This document shows, piece after piece, positions 44,085 through 56,383 of a DNA stretch of 64,000 bases. The position numbers and the translations under genes were made by a program. The DNA is taken from NCBI GenBank assembly GCA_964016885.1, contig OZ024740.1, positions 129,146,001 to 129,210,000 of the forward strand, read 5' to 3'. This DNA comes from Eledone cirrhosa (taxonomy: Eukaryota). The notes under the pieces were generated by a model, which was not told the origin of the DNA, ran no database searches, and saw only the letters and a program-made list of their open reading frames with translations. Position 1 is the stretch's first letter. The number at the start of each line of letters is the position of its first letter.

Positions 44085-44856
44085 ATATTATATATATATA
44101 TTATAATATAATATATATATATATATATAATATATTTATATATATATATATGTATAATATATATAATAGTATATATATTATAATATATGTAAATAGATAA
44201 TATATATATTATATATATACATATATATATATATATATAAATATAATATAATATATACATACAACATATATATAATATATCTAATATATATATATATATA
44301 ACTATATATAATACTAATATATATATATATATTAAATATCTAAATATATATATATATATATAAATATATATATAAATATATATATATATAATATATATAT
44401 ATAATATATATATATATTAATATATATATATATATATATAATATATATATATAATTATATATATATATATTAATATATAATATTATATATTATATATATA
44501 ATATAAATATATATATATATATTATAATATATATATATATATATATTATATATAATATATATATATATATTATATATATATATATATATTATATATATAT
44601 ATATATATATAATATAATTATATTATATATATATATATATATTATATTTATATATATATATAATATTTATATATTATATCTATATATATAAAACTTGTTG
44701 GTTGTCTGTCTGTCTATCGATTTTTGGCACACATCTCCTCTTAGAATCTCTCACGGAATTGCACAGAAATTGCTATACTTGTACATTGAGCCCTAGCGAA
44801 GACATCGGAAAAAAAATTTATATAATATATATATTATTTATATATATATATATTAT

Positions 44857-44921
<65 letters not shown>

Positions 44922-45340
44922 AAATATATATATTTATATAATACTTATATATATAATATATAATATTTATATATATAATATATATTATATATTATATATA
45001 TATATATAATATATATTTATATAATAATATATATATATATATAATATATATAATATATATATATTTAATATATATATATATAATATATAATTTAATATAT
45101 TATATATAATATATATATTATATATATAATATATATATATATATATAATTATATAATATATATATTATATATATTTATATATATTATATATAATTATATA
45201 ATATATAATATATTTATATATATAAATATATATATATATATATTATATATATATTATTTATATATATATATTATATATATATATTATATATTATATATAT
45301 ATATATATATACATATAATATATATATATATACATACAAC

Positions 45341-45373
<33 letters not shown>

Positions 45374-45425
45374 CATACAACATATATATATATAATATAA
45401 TATATATATATATATATAATATATG
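44085..45425. repeat. Long degenerate (TA)n tract with a short Helitron-like 5' fragment at ~44679-44815
   Basis: Direct read; TCTATATATATAAAACTTG..TGTCTGTCTGTC resembles the 31824 start. Confidence 0.85.
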
Positions 45426-45514
45426 TAGGAGGTGAGTTTTATTGTAGTACAAATAAAGCAATGCAGATATCGGATAAGAAGCACTCTACAGTTTGTAGGA
45501 CTGGAGTATACATA

Positions 45515-45787
45515 ATATATGAGAACAACAGATGGTTAAAAGAGTTCTATGTTTTTTATTATGCGCATTTCAAAAACAAACATCATCATGCAGTAATATT
45601 TGTGTTTTCATCAGATAAAATATGTTGATTTAAAACTGAACTATCCACAAGTGTTTTTTAACCTTCATATCATGTCTTCCTGTTATATTTGATGAAAACA
45701 CAAATATTATTGCATGATGATATTTGTTTTTGAAATGCGCATAATAAAATACGTGGAACTCTTTTAACCATCTTTTGTTCTTATATA
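45515..45787. ncRNA. Inverted pair of hammerhead motifs (45554-45620 minus intact; 45683-45749 plus with C-to-T in the core)
   Basis: Minus: ttttat-CTGATGA-aaacacaaata..tgtttgttttt-GAAA-tgcgca-TA-ataaaa. Confidence 0.78.
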
Positions 45788-45816
45788 TAACATAATATAT
45801 ATATATATATACAACA

Positions 45817-45878
<62 letters not shown>

Positions 45879-45976
45879 TATATATTATATATTATATATA
45901 TAATATATATATATAAATAATATATATTATATATATATTATATATATATATATATTTATATTATATATATATATAT

Positions 45977-46007
<31 letters not shown>

Positions 46008-46070
46008 ATATATTATATATATATATTATATATATATTATTTATATATGTGTATATATTTATATTATATA

Positions 46071-47018
46071 TATCTATCTATCTAAGGCGGGTACAATTCC
46101 GAGATCCATGGACGAGTTCTCTCCAGTGGTCTCTGTCCCTCATTATCGCTGCCATGTCCTGCGTCTACAACAGACCAGTGTCTGTCCTTAGGGCATCAAC
46201 ATATGTTAACCTTGGTCTTCCTCTTCCAGTGTGTCCATGTAGGGGCTCCCAAAGGAGCACTGAGTGCAATGTCAACTCTGGATGTCGGTGAGCATGTCCA
46301 GCCAACCTCAGTCTCCTCTGTGTCACTTTTGAGCTGACTTTTGGGAGGCTCCCATACAGCTCTGAGTTTTTCATCCTCAGTGTATACTGATTAATGTTCA
46401 GAGCCATCCTCAGCATTCTCGTGTAGCACCCATCCACCATCTGAGTGAGTCTCTGGTCAGTGTCCAAGTCTCAGACCCACACAGCAGCACAGACTCCACT
46501 ACAGCAATGAAGAGGCGGATTTTCAGGTCTCTACGAAGGTCCGACTTCCACACCGATCTCAAGCTGTGGCACGCCGCCCAGGCCTTGCTCTTCCTCTCAA
46601 CCACATCATCCTCCGTATTCCCAATCTTTGCTCCCAAATACAGAAGTCCTCAACCAATTCCAGCGGCTTCCCGCCTACATTAGTGATCCCCTCTGGCTTC
46701 TCAACATTCTCTACCAGATATTTTGTTTTAGTCTCATTCATTCTCAGCCCCACACTCATCGACACAGTCTGAACCTCCCGCATCAAATCCTCTGCCTCCT
46801 TCACTGTATTTGTCACCAAAACTATGTCGTCGGCAAATTCAGCATCCGATACCTTTTTCGCCCCAACTCTCCTGCTCTGTGCCGGTGCTACAGTAAAGCC
46901 AGAGTCCTGCTGTTTCTCCAGTGCAAGGCGTTATACTCAACTTGGGGTAGTAGAGTTGGTAATAGGTCCAGAATTAGCCGTCGAAACGGCTTGAGCTCAG
47001 CTGTCGGGGTCTTACTGG

Positions 47019-47020
<2 letters not shown>
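46071..47020 (-). mobile_element. RTE-clade LINE derivative (RT C-terminal part, frameshifted) with short non-coding 5' piece and (TAGA)n tail
   Basis: EFADDI, GLRMNETKTKYL, VESVLLCGSETWTL, RRLRLAGHAHR, RGRPRLTYVD, DRDHWR; inserted in (TA)n. Confidence 0.82.
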
Positions 47021-47065
<45 letters not shown>

Positions 47066-47252
47066 ATGTAGAGAAAAAAACGTTGAATAATGCTGCTAAT
47101 TTTAGTGGCAATTCGACATGTTTATAATATCCAGCTTTTATCAGCGACCTGATTTGCGTGTGTGTCACTTTAACGGCTTGACCACATGCGTTGGGCAGGG
47201 AGCATAATATTTACTTGCTGTTAGGCTAGATACCTTATAGCGTGGAAATAGG

Positions 47253-47333
47253 GCTGTCTGAAGATTCATTTCTTTCCATTTGTAATTCGTTGGATTTCCA
47301 ATCTTTCGAAATGATGAAACCGTCGGTAACAGC
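47253..47333 (+). ncRNA. Type I hammerhead, unit 1
   Basis: gctgt-CTGAAGA-ttcatttc..gaaatgat-GAAA-ccgtcgg-TA-acagc. Confidence 0.82.
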
Positions 47334-47719
47334 ATCTGAACAGGTGATTATTTAATCATATTTTAATTAATTTAGAAAATTGTTTAATAACCGTTTGTTT
47401 CGCTACTTTTATATTGTTCTGGTATCTCGAATTAGTGCCATTGAACCACATGTATTATAAACAACTTGAATATTTCTACAAGTACATTGTACCTGTTGAG
47501 GTATCCATCCACTTCTACAATTTATTCTCCTTATGTAGAGAACAAAACGTTGAATAATGCTGCTAATTTTAGTGGCAATTCGACATGTTTATAATATCCA
47601 GCTTTTATCAGCGACCTGATTTGCGTGTGTGTCACTTTAACGGCTTGACCGCATGCGTTGGGCAGGGAGCATAATATTTACTTGCTATTAGGCTAGATAC
47701 CTTATAGCGTGGAAATAGG

Positions 47720-47800
47720 GCTGTCTGAAGATTCATTTCTTTCCATTTGAAATTCGTTGGATTTCCAATCTTTCGGAATGATGAAACCGTCGGTAACAGC
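47720..47800 (+). ncRNA. Type I hammerhead, unit 2
   Basis: Same motif; gaaatga changed to ggaatga, still pairable as G-U. Confidence 0.82.
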
Positions 47801-48186
47801 ATCTGAACAGGTGATTATTTAATCATTTTTTAATTTATTTAGAAAATTGTTTAATAACCGTTTGTTTCGCTACTTTTATATTGTTCTGGTATCTCGAATT
47901 AGTGCCATTGAACCACATGTATTACAAACAACTTGAATATTTCTACAAGTACATTGTACCTGTTGAGGTATCCATCCACTTCTATAATTTATTCTCCTTA
48001 TGTAGAGAACAAAACGTTGAATAATGCTGCTAATTTTAGTGGCAATTCGACATGTTTATAATATCCAGCTTTTATCAGCGACCTGATTTGCGTGTGTGTC
48101 ACTTTAACGGCTTGACCGCATGCGTTGGGCAGGGAGCATAATATTTACTTGCTATTAGGCTAGATACCTTATAGCGTGGAAATAGG

Positions 48187-48267
48187 GCTGTCTGAAGATT
48201 CATTTCTTTCCATTTGAAATTCGTTGGATTTCCAATCTTTCGGAATGATGAAACCGTCGGTAACAGC
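48187..48267 (+). ncRNA. Type I hammerhead, unit 3
   Basis: Same motif as unit 2. Confidence 0.82.
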
Positions 48268-48454
48268 ATCTGAACAGGTGATTATCTGATCATTTTTTAA
48301 TTTATTTAGAAAATTGTTTAATAACCGTTTGTTTCGCTACTTTTATATTGTTCTGGTATCTCGAATTAGTGCCATTGAACCACATGTATTATAAACAACT
48401 TGAATATTTCTACAAGTACATTGTACCTGTTGAATTATCCATCCACTTCTATAA

Positions 48455-48534
<80 letters not shown>

Positions 48535-48543
<9 letters not shown>

Positions 48544-49404
48544 TAAACAAATAATGAATAAAACAATGAAACAGTTCCTTATATTAAACAAAAAAAGTTC
48601 ATTATTTAACGATCGTTTCTAGGATATATATGTGTTAGAATTGGCATGCATATTCAACAGATCTATGTACAAAATTATACAAAATTATACAAACTATCAA
48701 GATAAAATATACATACCAAACACACATATACGCCGTCTTCAGAAATAATGAAATATATTTATTGATAATAACAACAATTCAAAATTTCAGGTCCGTTTGG
48801 GAACAAAATTGACCAATGAAAATACAAAAGGTTTTATGCAGTTTGGCGTGTGTATATACATGTAACTACCCCGTACACATATTTATACAAAGATGTATGC
48901 TCAACATGCATACGCATGCCAAAAAGATGCATGCAAATACAAAATTTCAAGGTTAATGTCTCTGTAAGTTTATAATGCACAGATAAGATGCGTATAGACA
49001 CATAAATATGAAATAAGTGTATACACATATTCTCATACTCACACATATCCGTACACTCACACACACGCGCGCGTATATGCATAAACATACACATAATTAC
49101 GAACATACATACACACACACACCCCCACACACATATATATATGTGGATATAATATTATCATAAGCACATGGATATTAATTCACTCACATAAACACTGCCA
49201 CACACATTTAGATCAAGATACAGAAATTAGGTGGGAGGGGGGAGAGGTCAGTATTCAACGGTTTGGGCAGACTGCTTATTTATAGATGTATCTATAAACT
49301 AAGAAATAAAAAATAAAAATTAAAAAGGAAAGAAAAGAAAAAGAAAAAAGAAAAAAGAAATATATCAAGAAAAAATATATATATATATATATATACATAT
49401 ATAC

Positions 49405-49441
<37 letters not shown>

Positions 49442-49535
49442 CATATATACACATCTACACTTAGAACACACATACACACACATATATAAACATATACATA
49501 TACACACATACACACATATACACACATACATATAA

Positions 49536-49566
<31 letters not shown>

Positions 49567-50085
49567 TACACATATAATCACACATACATATATAGACACA
49601 CATATATATACACATACACGCACATATACATACACATACATACTTATATACATACATATATACACATACATACCTATATATACACACAAATACATACAGA
49701 CATACATACATACATACACACAAATACTTACGCATCCATATATCGGTATATACATACAAACACCACTACACTCTCACACAACTCAGACATACAAAGAAAA
49801 AGGTATATACCTATAGACATATACACATACAAATAGAGATACATATACATATATATATATATATACACATATATATACATATATATATACATACACATAT
49901 ACACACACATATATACATACACATACATACATGTACTCACACATACATATACATACATACACACATACACACATACATATATAGTCATACACACACATAC
50001 ACCTACACGAACATACACATACACATATATAAAGATATATATACACACACACACATACACACACACACATATATATATAAAATAA

Positions 50086-50138
<53 letters not shown>

Positions 50139-50423
50139 CACATATACATAGACATATTATGTACATGCATACACATACATACATACATATACACACATAT
50201 ATATATATATATATATACACACATAGACACATACATACATACACACACAACATACATACACACACATATATACTCATACATAGACATAGATATATATTCA
50301 TACATACATACGCACTTACATATACTCATATATACAAATACATACGCATCCATATATGCGTATATACATACAAACACCACTACACTCTCACACAACTCAG
50401 ACATACAAAGAAAAAGGTATATA
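48535..50423 (-). repeat. Left inverted-repeat arm (~1.9 kb)
   Basis: Identical 98-aa pseudo-ORFs at 48834-49130(-) and 55657-55953(+); only scattered substitutions and microsatellite length differences seen. Confidence 0.92.
48598..48752 (-). ncRNA. Type I hammerhead with long stem II (left arm)
   Basis: Reverse complement of 56035-56189. Confidence 0.75.
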
Positions 50424-50702
50424 CATATACATATATACACACATTAATAGAGATACATATACACACATATATATATATATATACACATACATTTATATAT
50501 ATACACCCACACACACATACAACCTTAAACACACATACAAACACACACATACACACATATATACATACATACATATACACACACACAAAAAAAACACACA
50601 TACACATATATATTTTTTTACACATATATATACATATATATAAACATATACACACCCTCACATATACACACATACACATAAGTTATATTATAATAATAAA
50701 TA

Positions 50703-50733
<31 letters not shown>

Positions 50734-50766
50734 CGAATATAGACATATATACACACATAGATATAC

Positions 50767-50806
<40 letters not shown>

Positions 50807-50982
50807 TCACATATATATGTGCGCACACGTACATATATACACATACACACATATACACATAAACATATACATGTGCATACATGTACATACACACATATAG
50901 CCACATAGATACGAAGATAGACATATATATAGAGAGACATACATATATATACACATATATATATATACACATACATACACAC

Positions 50983-51013
<31 letters not shown>

Positions 51014-51237
51014 TACACGCCCACACACATATACACATATACACATATATATATATATACACATATATACAAATACATATCTACATAATTTTGCTCCTAT
51101 TTTCACGGAAATATTCGTATTTTTGTACTGTATGTGTGTATTAATTTTATATTTATGTATATACATATATATGTATGATTTTATAAACCCATATACATTT
51201 AGTTGAGCTCTTTCAATTGTCCATCATCCATATCACA

Positions 51238-53679
51238 ATGGAAAAACAATATTTGGGAACCTCTTTAAAAAACATACCAATACCTTCTAAGGATGACTTC
51301 TTACTCCTTATGATTCAAAAAACTAATAATTTTATCAGAAGGGTTAGATGGAGAGCCTACCACTTCGATAAAAAATCTAAACAAGCAGATCGGAAATATA
51401 TGTATGATTTCAATACTTACAAGAATCCACCACACAACTTTTTACTTGAAGACTTCGAGAAAGACCTTTTTAATTTAATTAAACACCTCAAATTTAAAAA
51501 CTATAAATCCGTCTTTCAAAAGGACCTTGATTCTACCCTATTGGACCTAAAAAAGTCTAAAAAAATCCATGTCCACTCGGACAAAACTGGTAACTTGTAT
51601 CATATGGATATTGAACATTATAATGAGTTCATATATAAAGAACTCAGAAAAAATTATAAAAAATCTAATAATGCGTCACTCACCAACATCAACAACAAAA
51701 CACACAACATAGTAAAAAAACTAAACATTGAAGATAGAACTGAACCTTTGGCATTGAAAAGACCACACTTCAACCTGAAGGATCATAAATCAAACTTTAA
51801 CTCAAATCCTTCTATTAGACTTATATGTCCCTCCAAATCAGATATTGGAATAATTAGCAAAAAAATTTTGGATAGAGTCATCCCACAAATAAGAAAACAC
51901 GTTATTTTACCACTCTGGGAAAACACCTCCCAGGTAATTAACTGGTTTAAGAATATTAGATGTAAATCTTCTGCTTCATTTCTACAATTTGATATAGATA
52001 ATTACTATTCTTCTATATCACCTATACTCCTGAACAAAGCATTGATATTTGCTAAAAATAGATCTAACTTAACTTTGGATGACATTAATATTATTACACA
52101 TGCTAGACTAACACTTATTGAATTTCAGAATGAATACTGGACCAGAAACACATATAGTAATCTATTTGATATTACTATGGGTTCAAGCGATTCCGCCCAA
52201 ATTACTGATCTTGTGGGCCTCTTTTTCCTTTTCAACATAAATGCCTCGTTTCCCCACCTCAAAGGTGGTTTATATCGTGATGACTGTCTTCTTCTTTCTA
52301 ACAACCTTAGCCTTTCAGAAATTGAAAAAAACAAAAAACATATTAGAACTTTCCTTAAAGACTATTATAATCTTCATATTACTTTTGAAAAAACAAGTAA
52401 AGTAGTAAATTTCCTAGATATAACTTTAGATTTAGCTACGGGTATCTACCAACCTTACCATAAACCAAACCAAAACTTACATTACATACACTCACAATCT
52501 AATCACCCTAAATCTATCCTTAAAAACCTTGCATATAATATATCACTTAGAATTTCTAACCTTTCTTCTAACCAAGATGTATTTGATAAAAATGCGACCT
52601 TCTATAACGAAGCTCTAGATAGAAGTGGCCACAAAAATAGATTAGAATATATACCTTCTACTAAAAATACTAAAAGCATACAACCTAATATTACCAACAA
52701 ACACCAAATGAAAAGTACACACCTAAATGCCACCCACACTATACCCCAAAATACCAAATCTTCTAATATAAAATATAGTAACTCTCAAAAAACTACTCAT
52801 CATACAACTCTAATAAATATTAATAATAAAACTCCTAATAAAAAAGATAAAACACCTAAATCTACAAATATAACTAAAAATGGTTGTGGTGAGATCATTA
52901 ACATTAATCCTCCTAGTAAACATCACGATACAACCTATAAAAATAATAAAAATAATAAACAACATAGAAACCGTAATAGACGGGTTACTTGGTATAATGC
53001 TCCATTTAATTTACAAATTAAGGATAATATTGCTAAAAAATGTTGTTATATCCTAGAGAAAAACTTCCCGCCAAACCACAAATACCATCAAATCTTAAAT
53101 AGGTCTACAGTTAAATTCTCATACTCAACAACAAATAACATAAAACAAAATATAAGTGCCTATAATGCATATAAATGTAAGAAAACCATAAGTATACCAC
53201 CAGTACATCAAATTAACCATAATATCTCCTCAAATACAGAATTAACGAAAGGTTGTAACTGTAGAAACAAAGCAAACTGCCCATTAAAAGGGAATTGTCT
53301 TGTTAACAACATAGTCTATAAATGTAATGTTAAAACTAAAGATTCTATTTGCTCATATATAGGAGCTACCTCTAACAATTTTAAGACAAGGTTTAATACC
53401 CACAAGCATAGTTTTAAAAATGCCGCACTGGCTAATACAACATCTCTAGCAGAAAAAATCAATAGTTATAAAAATAAGAATATAGAATATGATTTGACCT
53501 GGAGTGTGCTCAAAAGAGCCACCCCTTATCAAAATAATAGAAATGAATGTAGATTATGTTCCCAAGAACTATTTGAAATAATGAAATCTAAGGATATCCT
53601 ATTAAATAAACGACAGGAATTAATTATATCGTGTAATCATAAACTAAAAAAAACATTTAAATATTATAAACCTAATTAA
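51238..53679 (+). CDS. Penelope-like (Naiad-type) reverse transcriptase + C-terminal GIY-YIG endonuclease, ~813 aa from first ATG
   Basis: SLKNIPIP N-terminus, SDKTGNLY (DKT), FLQFDIDNYYSSI, ITMGS, GLYRDD, NFLDI, PYHKPN, SNHP; linker CNCRNKANCPLKGNC (CxCx5Cx5C); IVY..YIG, FKTRF..H, CRLCSQE, LLNKR, CNH. Confidence 0.93.
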   Translation: MEKQYLGTSLKNIPIPSKDDFLLLMIQKTNNFIRRVRWRAYHFDKKSKQADRKYMYDFNTYKNPPHNFLLEDFEKDLFNLIKHLKFKNYKSVFQKDLDSTLLDLKKSKKIHVHSDKTGNLYHMDIEHYNEFIYKELRKNYKKSNNASLTNINNKTHNIVKKLNIEDRTEPLALKRPHFNLKDHKSNFNSNPSIRLICPSKSDIGIISKKILDRVIPQIRKHVILPLWENTSQVINWFKNIRCKSSASFLQFDIDNYYSSISPILLNKALIFAKNRSNLTLDDINIITHARLTLIEFQNEYWTRNTYSNLFDITMGSSDSAQITDLVGLFFLFNINASFPHLKGGLYRDDCLLLSNNLSLSEIEKNKKHIRTFLKDYYNLHITFEKTSKVVNFLDITLDLATGIYQPYHKPNQNLHYIHSQSNHPKSILKNLAYNISLRISNLSSNQDVFDKNATFYNEALDRSGHKNRLEYIPSTKNTKSIQPNITNKHQMKSTHLNATHTIPQNTKSSNIKYSNSQKTTHHTTLININNKTPNKKDKTPKSTNITKNGCGEIININPPSKHHDTTYKNNKNNKQHRNRNRRVTWYNAPFNLQIKDNIAKKCCYILEKNFPPNHKYHQILNRSTVKFSYSTTNNIKQNISAYNAYKCKKTISIPPVHQINHNISSNTELTKGCNCRNKANCPLKGNCLVNNIVYKCNVKTKDSICSYIGATSNNFKTRFNTHKHSFKNAALANTTSLAEKINSYKNKNIEYDLTWSVLKRATPYQNNRNECRLCSQELFEIMKSKDILLNKRQELIISCNHKLKKTFKYYKPN

Positions 53680-54171
53680 TAACATTATTTTAGAAATTAA
53701 TTTAATTTAAATGTTAGTTAACCTATAAATTTAATTTAATTAAAATTCTACTACAGATGAGAATATAAAATATTGTGTAATCATAAATTGTGAAAAACCT
53801 TTAAATATTACTAATATATACTTAGTAATTTAATTTATAGATTAATTTTAATTTATTTAAACCTTTTATTAAAATTCCTTTACAGATAAAATATAACAAA
53901 ATATCGTGTATCCAATGACAGAGAAATAATTTTTAGTATTATAGACCTAATTAATATACATTTTAGAAATATATTTATAATTTGGTTTTAAATTTAGTCA
54001 ACCTAAAAATTTAATTTAATTGGCTTAAAATTAGTATCCTTATACAGACGGATTGCAGAGTGTCATGTAATCATAGAATGGGATGTGTTTTGGATGTATA
54101 CCTAGTTAATATATACTTTGCAATTTTTGAAAAAATATGTATATGTATGTATGTATATGTATGTGTATGTA

Positions 54172-54240
<69 letters not shown>

Positions 54241-54367
54241 ATGTATATGTATATGTATATGTATTAATTTTGATTTCTATTTGCATATAATTATATTCTG
54301 CTATTGATAAAATACAATATCTGTTTTATTTATTATATACCTAATTAACATATACTATAGAAATTAA

Positions 54368-54653
54368 TATATACCTTTTTCTTTGTATGTCTGAGTTGTG
54401 TGAGAGTGTAGTGGTGTTTGTATGTATATACGCATATATGGATGCGTATGTATTTGTATATATGAGTATATGTAAGTGCGTATGTATGTATGAATATATA
54501 TCTATGTCTATGTATGAGTATATATGTGTGTGTATGTATGTTGTGTGTGTATGTATGTATGTGTCTATGTGTGTATATATATATATATATATATGTGTGT
54601 GTATATGTATGTATGTATGTGTATGTATGTACATATATGTCTATGTATATGTG

Positions 54654-54696
<43 letters not shown>

Positions 54697-55215
54697 TTAT
54701 TTTATATATATATGTGTGTGTGTGTATGTGTGTGTGTGTATATATATCTTTATATATGTGTATGTGTATGTTCGTGTAGGTGTATGTGTGTGTATGACTA
54801 TATATGTATGTGTGTATGTGTGTATGTATGTATATGTATGTGTGAGTACATGTATGTATGTGTATGTATATATGTGTGTGTATATGTGTATGTATATATA
54901 TATGTATATATATGTGTATATATATATATATATGTATATGTATCTCTATTTGTATGTGTATATGTCTATAGGTATATACCTTTTTCTTTGTATGTCTGAG
55001 TTGTGTGAGAGTGTAGTGGTGTTTGTATGTATATACCGATATATGGATGCGTAAGTATTTGTGTGTATGTATGTATGTATGTGTGTATGTATTTGTGTGT
55101 ATATATAGGTATGTATGTGTATATCTGTATGTATATAAGTATGTATGTGTATGTATATGTGCGTGTATGTGTATATATATGTGTGTCTATATATGTATGT
55201 GTGATTATATGTGTA

Positions 55216-55256
<41 letters not shown>

Positions 55257-55344
55257 GTATGTGTGTATATGTGTGTATGTGTGTATATGTATATGTTTAT
55301 ATATGTGTGTGTATGTGTGTTCTAAGTGTAGATGTGTATATATG

Positions 55345-55381
<37 letters not shown>

Positions 55382-56252
55382 GTATATATGTATATATATA
55401 TATATATATATATTTTCTTGATATATTTCTTTTTTCTTTTTTCTTTTTCTTTTCTTTCCTTTTTAATTTTTATTTTTTATTTCTTAGTTTATAGATACAT
55501 CTATAAATAAGCAGTCTGCCCAAACCGTTGAATACTGACATCTCCCCCCCTCCCACCTAATTTATGTATCTTGATCTAAATGTGTGTGGCAGTGTTTATG
55601 TGAGTGAATTAATATCCATGTGCTTATGATAATATTATATCCACATATATATATGTGTGTGGGGGTGTGTGTGTGTATGTATGTTCGTAATTATGTGTAT
55701 GTTTATGCATATACGCGCGCGTGTGTGTGAGTGTACGGATATGTGTGAGTATGAGAATATGTGTATACACTTATTTCATATTTATGTGTCTATACGCATC
55801 TTATCTGTGCATTATAAACTTACAGAGACATTAACCTTGAAATTTTGTATTTGCATGCATCTTTTTGGCATGCGTATGCATGTTGAGCATACATCTTTGT
55901 ATAAATATGTGTACGGGGTAGTTACATGTATATACACACGCCAAACTGCATAAAACCTTTTGTATTTTCATTGGTCAATTTTGTTCCCAAACGGACCTGA
56001 AATTTTGAATTGTTGTTATTATCAATAAATATATTTCATTATTTCTGAAGACGGCGTATATGTGTGTTTGGTATGTATATTTTATCTTGATAGTTTGTAT
56101 AATTTTGTATAATTTTGTACATAGATCTGTTGAATATGCATGCCAATTCTAACACATATATATCCTAGAAACGATCGTTAAATAATGAACTTTTTTTGTT
56201 TAATATAAGGAACTGTTTCATTGTTTTATTCATTATTTGTTTAATATTTTAT
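54368..56252 (+). repeat. Right inverted-repeat arm (3' UTR / pLTR region)
   Basis: Reverse complement of 48535-50423. Confidence 0.92.
56035..56189 (+). ncRNA. Type I hammerhead with long stem II (right arm)
   Basis: ttcattattt-CTGAAGA-[116 nt incl. tatatgtgt/acacatata]-GAAA-cgatcg-TT-aaataatgaa; 10-bp stem I, palindromic stem III. Confidence 0.78.
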
Positions 56253-56383
56253 CTTGACTCTGTATACCGTTTATCTTTCACCGAAAGTGATTTTTCATTA
56301 CATCTCTTCTTTCCATGATATCCGGAATACATTGAGTTCTTCATACGGATTGGACACTACCGTAAACTCTTGGTAGATTTATC

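Larger units (their letters stand above)
47066..48454 (+). repeat. Tandem array of ~3 x 467 bp non-coding units, one HHR per unit (retrozyme-like)
   Basis: ATGTAGAGAA unit starts at 47066, 47533, 48000; near-identical; (TA)n on both sides. Confidence 0.92.

Noticed and set aside
47066-48454. Considered as CRISPR-like array or ordinary satellite
   Set aside because: No repeat-spacer structure; whole 467-bp units repeat and each has an HHR.
48535-56252. Considered as a TIR DNA transposon or Polinton
   Set aside because: Enclosed ORF is PLE RT + GIY-YIG, no transposase, and element sequence continues past the right arm.
56312-56354. SECIS-like hairpin (ATGAT-ATCCG..CGGAT-TGGA) in the Naiad tail; some Naiads are selenoproteins
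   Set aside because: 3' strand reads TGGA instead of NGAN, no apical AA at the expected spacing, and the ORF has no in-frame TGA. A SECIS search would settle it.
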